Origin: an uncultured Acidimicrobiia bacterium | Lineage (GTDB): Bacteria; Acidobacteriota; Terriglobia; Versatilivoradales; Versatilivoraceae | Assembly (NCBI GenBank): GCA_963786955.1 | Contig: CAWBAT010000006.1 | Location: forward strand, 960,001 to 1,024,000 | Reading direction: 5' to 3' | Length of the DNA: 64,000 bases | In this document: positions 55,112-64,000 of the stretch, in pieces | How positions within the stretch are numbered: position 1 is the stretch's first letter | How the letters are laid out: every line of letters starts with the position of its first letter | Translations under genes and position numbers: made by a program | The notes under the pieces: generated by a model | Seen by the model: the letters and a program-made list of their open reading frames with translations, nothing else | The model's database searches: none | Told to the model about the DNA's origin: nothing

Positions 55112-55284
55112 CTCTCATCGAAGACATGCAAACGGCACATGTCTTCGCCACCCACCCCCCTGTAATCCCCCCTTGTGCAAGGGGGGAACAGATTTGCATT
55201 GTCCTACCTTGTGCAAAGAGGGACCAAGTTCTTATTGTCCCCCCTTAAACAAGGGGGGACTTGAGGGGGGTCCATCAAACCTGT
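55112..55284 (+). repeat. Second copy of the ~170-bp palindromic repeat
   Basis: Aligns with 52499..52672. Confidence 0.9.
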
Positions 55285-55385
55285 ACCCGCGATCTACCGG
55301 GGTCGACGACCCCGGCTACAACTGTTCAAAGGCGGAGACTGCGCGATCTATCTATATGAGAAATGGCAACTCTGAGGGCAGTTCC

Positions 55386-55988
55386 TTACTTCTCGCCCCA
55401 ATCGATAATGTTGGCAAGCCGCCAAGGATTCTTGAAGGCCTCGATTTCAATTTCGTTGGTCTTCTTGTTGAGCTGGAGCTCGGCGGCCGGGAGCAAAGTG
55501 CCTGTGCCCTTTTTGCCTTTCCCGGTGGGGATGTTCAGCTCAAGGATAGACAAGTTGTAGTCCATCGAACGGCTATCACTCCAGACCTCGCCAAATGTGA
55601 TGGGACGATTCGTGACCAGTCTGATTAAACGGTTGGTCGCGGAAGGAAACTCCCGGATATAATTGACGTCGTAACCCACCGTGCCGGTGATCGCGATGTG
55701 TCCCTTGGAGTGCATCTTGGTCACGGCGTTGTAAAGACCTTGACTGCCACCCTTAGTAAACGCGTCGAGCAGGATCTGTCTATCACTCGGTTCTGAGTAC
55801 TCCTGAATGATGAGGTTAACACTGAAAGTCTTCCCGAGCTGCGTCCCTTGACCAAAGGCTGTGCAGGTGATAGTTTCATACTTATTCTTATCCTTCGCCT
55901 CGACAGAAACGCAGGCCGCCGACAGTAACACGAGCGCGACGATAACAATGCTGATCCTCCTGAAACTTGTCTTCTTTACTTTCTCCAT
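55386..55988 (-). CDS. Secreted hypothetical protein (tandem paralog 1)
   Basis: RBS AGGAG, signal peptide, and high identity to the adjacent paralog. Confidence 0.8.
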   Translation of the reverse strand: MEKVKKTSFRRISIVIVALVLLSAACVSVEAKDKNKYETITCTAFGQGTQLGKTFSVNLIIQEYSEPSDRQILLDAFTKGGSQGLYNAVTKMHSKGHIAITGTVGYDVNYIREFPSATNRLIRLVTNRPITFGEVWSDSRSMDYNLSILELNIPTGKGKKGTGTLLPAAELQLNKKTNEIEIEAFKNPWRLANIIDWGEK

Positions 55989-56308
55989 TTTCTTCTCCTT
56001 GACCGAAATTCTTAGATCAATGTTCCCTTCCTGAGATTCTAAAACCACCCTGTTTGGAGCTTCGCTCAAGGGACCCAGCACGAGCACGAGAACCGAACAA
56101 TGGTAGGGCCCGGTTTCGCCTCTGCCTCGTTTTTCGAACCGCCGATAATGAAGATTATTCGGGACGCGCAGCCGCGGGTGCGACCCCTCATTAATCCCAT
56201 CAAAAGCATGATAACCTGTTCGAGAAATTCAAAGTCGGACTAGAACGACGATCAACAAATAAATGCCTAACCGGTTCGCACACGAATTCTAACTCAAAGA
56301 CTCTGCTT

Positions 56309-56913
56309 TTACTTCTCGCCCCAATCAATCACGTCGGCAAGCCGCCAGGGATTCTTGTAGGCTTCTATTTCGATTTCATTGGTTTTCTTGTTGAGCTGGA
56401 GTTCCGCAGCCGGAAGCAAAGTGCCTGTACCCTTGGTGTCTTTCTGGAGGGGACGGATGTTCAGCTCAAGCAGAGACAAGTTATAACTCATCGAACGGCT
56501 GTCACTCCAAACCTCCCCGAAAGTAATGGGGCGATTCGTGACCAATCTGATTTTGCGGTTGGTCGCGGAAGGAAACTCCCGGATATAGTTCACGTCGTAA
56601 CCCACCGTGCCGGTGATCGCCAGATGCCCCTTGGATTTCATTTTGGTCACCGCGTTGTAAAGACCTTGGCTGCCACCCTTGTTAAACGCGTCGAGCAGGA
56701 TTTGTTTATCACTTGGTTCTGAGTACTCCTGAATGATGAGGTTGACGCTGAAAGTCTGTCCAAGCTGCGTCCCTTCACCAAAGGCGGTACAACTGATGGT
56801 TTCATACTTCGGCTTGGTCTTCGCCTCGACAGAACTGCCAATGCCTGCCAGCAGCACTAACACAACGACTATAAAGCTGATTGTTGTGATACGACTTCTT
56901 TCTATTTCTTCAT
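56309..56913 (-). CDS. Secreted hypothetical protein (tandem paralog 2); apparent 1-nt deletion just after ATG 56913
   Basis: YETISCTAFG.GTQLG.TFSVNLII... is shared with paralog 1. The RBS (GAGGAGG) and ATG are out of frame by one base in an A run. Confidence 0.75.
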
Positions 56914-57222
56914 CACTTCCTCCTCGACGAAATTTTAGTGAATGTTCCCAAAGGTGAATCCGGAATCTCAAGTGCCAAGAGCATACGAACGGTTCTATTC
57001 TACAGCCGACGTAGCAACTTCTCGACATGTTTCTACTCAAAAGGTAGCAGTTATATACTTTAGAATTAACAAATAGGGAAGTAAAAAATCAGATTGCCTC
57101 GCAGGTAACGCTCACTGTAGCGTTCTTAGTTTCTCAAACACTAGCATTTGACGATATACTTTAGACTGAGTCAATATGGAAGTAATAAAAATATTAATGT
57201 GAATTCAGGGGTCCCTGCTCGC

Positions 57223-57987
57223 TCATGAGGCGTTCCATCCGTTCCTGAATGAATCGGTAAGGCTTGACTCAACCGGCCAAGATCCGCGGAATGGCCTCTC
57301 GAGATCATAAATCGTATAAGCCGTCAGCATGAGCAATACAACCATGCACGTTTTCGCCACGATGAGATAACCGAAATGCTCCACATGAAGAAAAAGAGTG
57401 GGAACGATGACGGTGATACCGCCGAGGATGATCATTGCCCACATGAAATACCCGAGCCCGTTTTCGGCATCCAATAGGCGCATTCTCCGGGCCACATAGA
57501 CCTCCTCGCAAGCTTCGAGAGCCTGCTGGTACAGAACCTGATCTGCCGGCGCTACCGGCCGGAAACTCGCACTTTTTTCCCAGATTTGATCGAGCTTGGA
57601 ACTGCGTTGCTGTAGTTCTCTCAATTCCAGCTTCACCATCAGTGGCCACTCAGACTCAATGATTTCCTTGTCGTAAGCCAGAATTTGCTCGATGATTTGC
57701 GAGCCTAATGAGGCTGGAAATTCACGTGCCAAACGAAATAAAACATAAAGCTGAGCCGACTCGGTCTCCACATGCTCTTCAGCTCTCGATCTCTGCTCCC
57801 AGAGTGCGAAAATTACAAACGCCAGGTAGACTCCGTAGATTACCCCAAGGATCGCCACATAGACGGCTGCCGCCTCATTATTGGTCTGAAGCACATGCTT
57901 GGGCACAGAGCGCCTGATCCGGAACGCGGCTAAGAGGGTAATTCCCACCACCGCAACTAATATCACGAACATGTAAACCACGCTCAT
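57223..57987 (-). CDS. DUF4239 / bestrophin-like membrane protein
   Basis: GVIYGV.LAFV...W, E...L and DLERPFRG motifs. Confidence 0.8.
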   Translation of the reverse strand: MSVVYMFVILVAVVGITLLAAFRIRRSVPKHVLQTNNEAAAVYVAILGVIYGVYLAFVIFALWEQRSRAEEHVETESAQLYVLFRLAREFPASLGSQIIEQILAYDKEIIESEWPLMVKLELRELQQRSSKLDQIWEKSASFRPVAPADQVLYQQALEACEEVYVARRMRLLDAENGLGYFMWAMIILGGITVIVPTLFLHVEHFGYLIVAKTCMVVLLMLTAYTIYDLERPFRGSWPVESSLTDSFRNGWNAS

Positions 57988-58280
57988 CGACTGCTCCTCC
58001 AAACAGTTCATTTACGGGCTATTCCAGACAATATTTTTTCTCTTCCGGAGGGTGGAGCGGGCGCTCCGGCGCACGCTTGAATGCGCGCGGGAGCGCGCAT
58101 TCCACCTCTAAACGTCCACGCGGGTGAGTCGAACATCTCTTCCCCTAATAGCCAGTCACACTCATACCAAGTCGGATTCAAACGGTTATGAAAGGCCGTA
58201 AAACGCAAATCCACTCCTCACGCGGCCTTTGGCCACTCTCCCCAAGGCTGTTTTCTTTGGGGACATAGGCAGAGGGTGGC

Positions 58281-58378
58281 TGTGAAAGAATTGGCTGTAG
58301 CGGCGCTCTATGAGCGCCGTTTCTTCTCATTTCAATGGCTTGGCCGGCGCTCTATGAGCGCCGCTACAATTTCTCCAC
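58281..58378. repeat. GTAG...CTAC REP doublet (REPIN-like) with weak outer inverted repeats
   Basis: GTAGCGGCGCTCTATGAGCGCCG ... CGGCGCTCTATGAGCGCCGCTAC. Confidence 0.8.
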
Positions 58379-58441
58379 ACCCAGGGACCGAGGGTGAGGG
58401 ACTTGCTCGATCTAATATATCTATTTGATTGCAACTTAGCA

Positions 58442-59146
58442 TCAGTTCTCCACAAAGGTCACCTTGCCAGTCGCGACGTCATACAGGGCGCCGACCAGTT
58501 CCACTTTCCCTTCGTCCAAATACTTCTTGAGATAAGGGCTTCCCTCGCGGATCTCCTTCATCGACTGGAGCACGTTCTTTACCGCCACTTTCGTGACGCA
58601 GGTGTCGTCATTGGAATTGCTGCAACTCGCAGCCGCAACGGCGGGGCGTATTTTTGCGAGAAGTCCGGTCAAGTTTCCCAGCTTGGCATCATCGATTGCC
58701 CCCTTGACCGCACCGCAACCGGTGTGTCCAAGCACAACAACGAGCTTCGAACCCACTTTGGCAGCATATTCGAGACTCCCCAGTTCGTCGTTGTTCACTA
58801 TGTTGCCGGCGATGCGCACAACGAAGACGTCCCCGACGCCCTGGTCAAAGACAATTTCGATAGGCGCGCGGGAATCCATGCAGGCCAGGATGGCTGCGAA
58901 AGGAAACTGCCCCGAGGCTGTGGCCATCACTTTTGCAGACCAGTCCCGCTTCTTCATCGTATTCGATACGAAGCGGGCGTTGCCTGCCTTGAGCCGATTA
59001 AGGGCTTTATCTGGCGTCATTGCAGCCTGTGATTCTTGCGTCTGCACCTTCACCTTTTTGGGGGCTGCTGCCTGAGGCTCCTCGGCTGTGAGGGGAACCA
59101 TGGAGAAACAAAGGCAGAGCAAAACTACCAGGACGCGAATTCTCAT
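58442..59146 (-). CDS. Periplasmic beta-carbonic anhydrase
   Basis: GNARF, CMDSR, VRIAGN, GSLEY and LGHTGCGA motifs; signal peptide. Confidence 0.95.
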   Translation of the reverse strand: MRIRVLVVLLCLCFSMVPLTAEEPQAAAPKKVKVQTQESQAAMTPDKALNRLKAGNARFVSNTMKKRDWSAKVMATASGQFPFAAILACMDSRAPIEIVFDQGVGDVFVVRIAGNIVNNDELGSLEYAAKVGSKLVVVLGHTGCGAVKGAIDDAKLGNLTGLLAKIRPAVAAASCSNSNDDTCVTKVAVKNVLQSMKEIREGSPYLKKYLDEGKVELVGALYDVATGKVTFVEN

Positions 59147-59306
59147 TACTCCTCCGAATATCATATCTATTGTTCCTCAATATATGTTCAAGGGCACCCG
59201 TTAAGCAATTCAAACCTGTGTGCTGAAGGTGAAAAGAAATTGGAAAACGTCGCGTGGAGTTGGGTCTTTGATAAAGCCAAGCTTACAATAATTTCAAAAC
59301 CTCAGC

Positions 59307-59957
59307 TCAAAAATTCACCCCGGCTGCTAAAACAATTGTTGGATCCGTCCAGCCAAAATTGAAAATGTACGTCGTAAAATCGACTTTCTTATAGGAGAAA
59401 CCTGCCAATAATCCTCTCTGTATGTCGAATTCTGTCTGATAGGCCTTGGTCCGCTGTACGACCAAACCTATTCGGAACCAGTCTACGGGCGAATAGCTGA
59501 ATTCCGACCAGGTGTAGAAAAAGTTCCCGCTGCGATCACGCGTATCGAAAACATACTCGCCTTGGCTCGAAAGCTCAAATTTCCCAAAACTGAGCGACAG
59601 ATTGTAACCCGGGGCGACTCCGGTGAGGTTTCCGAAAACACCCCCCAACATCGGCGTGACTACCAACACCAGCTTTTTCCCCATGCTAAAATTATGTCCT
59701 ATCCAAACTGACCCAGTTTCAAGCGCTTCATAGTTATAGCGGGCTTCCAAATGGAGCCCGCCGTGATCCGCCGTGAAATTCGGATTCACATAGTTCTGTT
59801 CATGAGGCAGAAGATAGGTGTAGGCAGAGAATGAGAATGCCCACGGGTCAGGGGCAGCGTCGGGTGAAGGACCGGGAGGACTAGTTGTGGCTGTTTGACC
59901 TAATGCTGTTCCAGTCAAAACAATAAGGACCGCCGCCACTACTGCAAGGGTGCGCAA
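59307..59957 (-). CDS. Hypothetical outer-membrane beta-barrel-like protein
   Basis: Signal peptide, amphipathic strands, HLEARYNYE motif and C-terminal Phe; TTG start inferred. Confidence 0.7.
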   Translation of the reverse strand: MRTLAVVAAVLIVLTGTALGQTATTSPPGPSPDAAPDPWAFSFSAYTYLLPHEQNYVNPNFTADHGGLHLEARYNYEALETGSVWIGHNFSMGKKLVLVVTPMLGGVFGNLTGVAPGYNLSLSFGKFELSSQGEYVFDTRDRSGNFFYTWSEFSYSPVDWFRIGLVVQRTKAYQTEFDIQRGLLAGFSYKKVDFTTYIFNFGWTDPTIVLAAGVNF

Positions 59958-59962
59958 TATTT

Positions 59963-60643
59963 TCAGCCCCCCAGAAGAATGGCCACGCCGACAAGCGCGA
60001 GCCCAATAGTGACCATTGCCAGACCGGCAACCAGGCGCTTCGTGTGAGCATACTGCGCCCACTTCTGCCCGACCAGGAAAAGCATCCCAATCAGGAGGAA
60101 GTTAGATACACGCAGTGCGACATTCGGTTTTGAGAAGATCAAGAACGGGACCGCTGCCGGCAGGCATGAGATAAAGACCAGCCAAAAACAAGCTAACGCT
60201 CCATAGAGGTCATCTTTCGTCAACCCCCCGGTCCTGACACTTTCCCCTTGAGCGGCGTGTTTGAGGATCGAACGATAAAGAGCTTCCCGGTCCTCGGGCG
60301 AGACTAGAGATTGGAATTCCGGATCGACCGCCTGTCGAACGAGATCCAGGGCCGTCTCGGAGTCTGGCGCACTTCGAATTTCCTGGAGGAGGCGTGCTCG
60401 CAGGCCACGCTCCGTGATGCAGTTCATGATATACATGATGGCGTCAATAATCCCCCAGGCGATATTGCATCCCAGCGCCGAGAGCAGCAACTGACGCACA
60501 CCCGCCTTACCCTCAGCTACCGTCAGCCCGGCGGTAAGAGTCGCCGTCAACACCATGATCAGCCCGAATAGAATTTCACCGAGCCGGCTGGCAGGGTCAA
60601 GGTACTTGCGAACAAAGCTTTCTTTATCTGGTTTATCGGTCAC
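59963..60643 (-). CDS. VIT1/CCC1-like membrane protein
   Basis: LDP..RL.E.LFGLIM.L, GCN.AWG.ID and P...PF...ALRVSN motifs; start uncertain (60643-60697). Confidence 0.75.
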   Translation of the reverse strand: MTDKPDKESFVRKYLDPASRLGEILFGLIMVLTATLTAGLTVAEGKAGVRQLLLSALGCNIAWGIIDAIMYIMNCITERGLRARLLQEIRSAPDSETALDLVRQAVDPEFQSLVSPEDREALYRSILKHAAQGESVRTGGLTKDDLYGALACFWLVFISCLPAAVPFLIFSKPNVALRVSNFLLIGMLFLVGQKWAQYAHTKRLVAGLAMVTIGLALVGVAILLGG

Positions 60644-60699
60644 GGCCCGATCGCAGGACTCACCTGGCAAACTAAATAGAGAGGGGCTGGTCGTCACGC

Positions 60700-60843
60700 T
60701 GGTAGGGCGCGCACGCCGTGCGCGCCGCCATGCCCAAACTGGGGTCGGCGGTCTCAGCGAGACCGCCCTACCTTACCCCCTGGAGTTCCCCATAACCAAG
60801 GGGGACATTCGCAGAGCGACACCAAAGCCAATTCTTTCACACT
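60700..60843 (-). repeat. Inverted copy of the 17689..17830 REP-containing repeat
   Basis: Reverse-complement alignment. Confidence 0.9.
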
Positions 60844-60908
60844 TTCCCCTTGAACAAGGGGGAACACAAGGGGGGTTACCCTCAATTCTCCACTTCAGTC
60901 AATCAATG

Positions 60909-61307
60909 TCACGACTTGCCCTTCAAAGCCTTGATGGCTCCCTTGACATCACTTAAACCGAGGACGACGAGTTGCCTTTTCGAGCCTTCTTCAGCTCCAC
61001 TGTAACTGTAGTTAATGTTGATGTCGGCGCTGGCCAGTTTTCTGGCAGCGCTCGCCAACGTCCCGGACTTGTTTTTCAGTACGATCCCTACGACTTCTGA
61101 CTCCGACACTTGCAAATTCAGACCCGCTAGGACCTCTTTGGCTTTGGCGGATTTGTCTGTTGCCAACCTTACCCTATTCTGCCCCTGCCCTTCCTCAGTA
61201 GTAAAGGCCAGGATATTCACTTTAGCTTTGGCTAGAGCTTCGCCCAAGCTGGCGAGTGTTCCCGGCTTGTTTTCAATCTGAACCGTCAACTCAGTCATTT
61301 TCCCCAT
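60909..61307 (-). CDS. ACT domain protein (two ACT repeats)
   Basis: ENKPGTLA...L....VNI and NKSGTLA...L...INI.Y.Y motifs. Confidence 0.9.
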   Translation of the reverse strand: MGKMTELTVQIENKPGTLASLGEALAKAKVNILAFTTEEGQGQNRVRLATDKSAKAKEVLAGLNLQVSESEVVGIVLKNKSGTLASAARKLASADININYSYSGAEEGSKRQLVVLGLSDVKGAIKALKGKS

Positions 61308-61643
61308 GCTTTGCCCCCTCGAAAGTTAATATTGGACAAGACTCATCACTTGCAACAGACAACGTTATCTGACCCAAAAATGCGCGCGTGGCGCAGATTT
61401 ATTTTTTAGCTTAACTTTCGCACAATGGAAATATCTGGTTAATCTAAGACCACATATCTTCGTGTTGGAACTACCAGAAAGAAACCCAGGGCAACTTTAC
61501 ATTAGTATCTCATGAACAACGAAGCCAGAGCTGTAAGAATTGGCAGGTTATTGATTGAGGAGTTTCGGAATGTCGGCAGATTCTGCTGATCGCGTTGTGC
61601 TAGTCACACTTATTGGGCTCATGGGACTACCCCTTTCAGGTTT

Positions 61644-62108
61644 GTAGTCCCGGCTTCAGCCGGTCCCGATTATGGCCGCCGGAAGGCGGCACCTCGGGAT
61701 TGGACATTTGTTGGCACCCCGGATTCAGAAGCTGCGCAGGCTTCCAAGCTTTTATTGGTGGCACTATCGTTTCGTCATTTGAAAATAGGTTTACGAAGCG
61801 GTCATTTGCAGTCATTCAGACATCCAGCGGCCTGAAGGGCCGCTACAATCTAGCCCAGGGCAGAGCGCAGGGGCAAGGCCCCGCAACGCCGCCCTGGGTC
61901 ACGATCCCAATGAATCATCGGCGCCCTGAAGGGCGACAATCGGGACGAGAGGTGTGTTGCACCCCTTCAGGGTGCCCTTTCGTGGGTGACCTGTGACCCA
62001 GGGCGCTGCTCCGGGCTTCGCCCTCCACTCTGCCTGGGCTATTTTCTCTTGCCCTTTCAGGGCAGCGGAAATGTCCAATCTCCACGGCCGCCTGAAGGCA
62101 GTACTACA
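61644..62108. repeat. Cluster of nested palindromes (CCTGAAGGG/CCCTTCAGG and CCCAGGG/CCTGGG types) inside a GTAG...CTAC pair
   Basis: GCGGCCTGAAGGGCCGC, CGCCCTGAAGGGCG, CACCCCTTCAGGGTG, GCCCTTTCAGGGC; GTAGTCCCGGCTTCAG ... CTGAAGGCAGTACTAC. Confidence 0.8.
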
Positions 62109-62116
62109 AGCCTGGA

Positions 62117-64000
62117 TCAAAACGGCCACGTCCATTGATCGGCTTCCGGCTTATCGATGCCGTGCTCGTAGGCATAGCTCTGACACGCGATCTGCATGTT
62201 TCGCAGTTGATCCTTGGCATGAGCGCCGCATGCCTGCAGGCTAGGTACACGATCGATGACGTCGATCGCCAGGCTGAAACGATCGATCTGGTTCTGAATG
62301 GCCAGATCGAGCGGCGTGTTGATGTTGCCTTTCTCCTTGTAGCCGCGCACGTGCATGTTCTTGTGATTGGTTCTCCGGTAGGTCAGTCGATGGATCAACC
62401 AGGGATAACCGTGGAAGTTGAAAATAATCGGCTTGTCCACAGTGAACAGGCTATCGAAGTCGCGGTCCGAGAGCCCATGAGGGTGTTCCGTGGAGGGCGT
62501 CAATCTAAAGAGGTCCACCACGTTGACGAAACGGATCTTTAAATTGGGGAAGTGCTCCCGCAACAGCACCACCGCCGCGAGCGCCTCCTTGGTGGGGATG
62601 TCACCGGCACAGGCCATCACCACGTCTGGCTCGGTCCCCTCGTCATTACTCGCCTTCCGCCAAATGCCAATGCCCTTCGTACAGTGCGCGATGGCATCGT
62701 CCATGCTCAAGTACTGCAAATGTTTCTGCTTGTCGCAGACGATTACGTTGATGTAAATGGTGCTCCTCAAGCAGTGATTAGCCACGCTGAGGAGAGTATT
62801 TGCATCTGGCGGCAAATAGATGCGGCATACGTCCGGGCTCTTGTTCACCACCACGTCGAGGAAACCGGGATCCTGGTGGGTGAACCCATTGTGATCCTGG
62901 CGCCACACGGTGGAAGTAATGAGCAGGTTGAGCGACGAGACCGGCGGTCGCCACGGCAGCTGGCGGCAGATGGCAAGCCACTTGGCGTGCTGGTTAAACA
63001 TGGAATCGATGACGTGAACAAAAGCCTCATAAGTGGAGAAGAAGCCATGCCGTCCACTGAGCAGATAGCCTTCCAGCCAACCCTCCAGGGTATGTTCGGA
63101 AAGCATCTCCAGCACCCGCCCATCGCGCGACAGCTCGCCGCCATCGGCGTCCTCCGGCAAATAGTCAGCCAGCCACAGTTTCTTGCTCACCTCATAGATC
63201 GCATCGAGTTTATTCGACGTGTTTTCATCGGGACCGAAGACGCGGAAGTTTTCCATATTCTGGCGCATGATGTCCCGCAGGAAGCAACCGAGGGGACGCG
63301 TGTTTTCCGCTGAGGCCTGCCCTGGTTTCTCGACTTTGATGGCATAGTCGCGGAAGTCCGGTAGGCGCAGTGGCTTCCGCAGCAAGCCCCCATTGGCGTG
63401 GGGATTGGCCCCCATGCGCCGCGGTCCCTTAGGAGCCAGCGCCTTCAGTTCCGGGACCAGCCGCCCCTCTTGGTCGAACAGCTCCTCGGGTTTATAACTG
63501 CGCATCCAGTTCTCCAACTGTTTCAGATGGGCCGGATTGTCGCGTACTCCCGACAGGGGTACCTGGTGAGCGCGCCAGAAGCCTTCCACTTTGTGGCCGT
63601 CAACTTCCTTGGGCCCAGTCCAGCCTTTGGGACTGCGCAACACGATCATCGGCCAACGCGCCCGATTCGCTTTGCCACTCTTGCGCGCTTCCTGTTGGAT
63701 GCGACGAATCTCTAGCACGCAGCTCTCCAGTGTTGCGGCCATCGTCTGGTGCATCAACTCCGGATCGTTCCCTTCCACGAAATGAGGTGTCCATCCATAA
63801 CCCTTGAACAGGTTCTCCAGCTCTTCATGAGAGATTCGCGACAGCAAAGTGGGGTTATTGATCTTGTAACCATTGAGGTGCAGGACCGGGAGCACTGCAC
63901 CGTCTCGAATGGGATTCAGGAACTTATTGGAATGCCAGGAGGTGGCCAGCGGCCCAGTCTCCGATTCCCCGTCACCGACCACTACCGCCACCAGCAGCTC
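62117..64000 (-). CDS. xfp: Phosphoketolase (xylulose-5-P/fructose-6-P), 5'-truncated by the window edge
   Basis: [30 protein letters not shown] and [14 protein letters not shown] motifs. Confidence 0.96.
   Translation of the reverse strand, partial: ELLVAVVVGDGESETGPLATSWHSNKFLNPIRDGAVLPVLHLNGYKINNPTLLSRISHEELENLFKGYGWTPHFVEGNDPELMHQTMAATLESCVLEIRRIQQEARKSGKANRARWPMIVLRSPKGWTGPKEVDGHKVEGFWRAHQVPLSGVRDNPAHLKQLENWMRSYKPEELFDQEGRLVPELKALAPKGPRRMGANPHANGGLLRKPLRLPDFRDYAIKVEKPGQASAENTRPLGCFLRDIMRQNMENFRVFGPDENTSNKLDAIYEVSKKLWLADYLPEDADGGELSRDGRVLEMLSEHTLEGWLEGYLLSGRHGFFSTYEAFVHVIDSMFNQHAKWLAICRQLPWRPPVSSLNLLITSTVWRQDHNGFTHQDPGFLDVVVNKSPDVCRIYLPPDANTLLSVANHCLRSTIYINVIVCDKQKHLQYLSMDDAIAHCTKGIGIWRKASNDEGTEPDVVMACAGDIPTKEALAAVVLLREHFPNLKIRFVNVVDLFRLTPSTEHPHGLSDRDFDSLFTVDKPIIFNFHGYPWLIHRLTYRRTNHKNMHVRGYKEKGNINTPLDLAIQNQIDRFSLAIDVIDRVPSLQACGAHAKDQLRNMQIACQSYAYEHGIDKPEADQWTWPF

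Overview
Bacterial genomic DNA. The gene content is most like Acidobacteria, which is an inference from the surface-protein domains and repeat types. Positions 1-15 kb (+ strand) hold a cell-surface cluster: a LamG/BACON protein, an interrupted ~1400-aa M28 peptidase-IPT/TIG-LamG protein, one GT2, two GT4s, a DUF5060/GH5-like protein, an interrupted response-regulator gene and an IS remnant. Positions 16-25 kb hold secreted hydrolases (beta-propeller, GH127-like, GDSL, Tat-exported GH). Positions 27-60 kb are a minus-strand mosaic island (DUF2092, GH13, DUF2252, three DUF1254/DUF1214 proteins, GH63 glucosidase, two arylsulfatases, ClC, HdeD, two DUF4239-like proteins, carbonic anhydrase, VIT) littered with partial gene copies. 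The window ends in a phosphoketolase gene. The best candidate for an undescribed system is two GxxExxY (PD-(D/E)XK-like) nuclease genes, each embedded in its own family of 9-nt-periodic inverted repeats, with gene-free copies elsewhere, an arrangement analogous to RAYT/REPIN. Many GTAG-type REPs and a MITE-like element are also present. Many frameshifts fall in homopolymers, so some apparent pseudogenes may be sequencing errors. No rRNA, tRNA or CRISPR array was seen.
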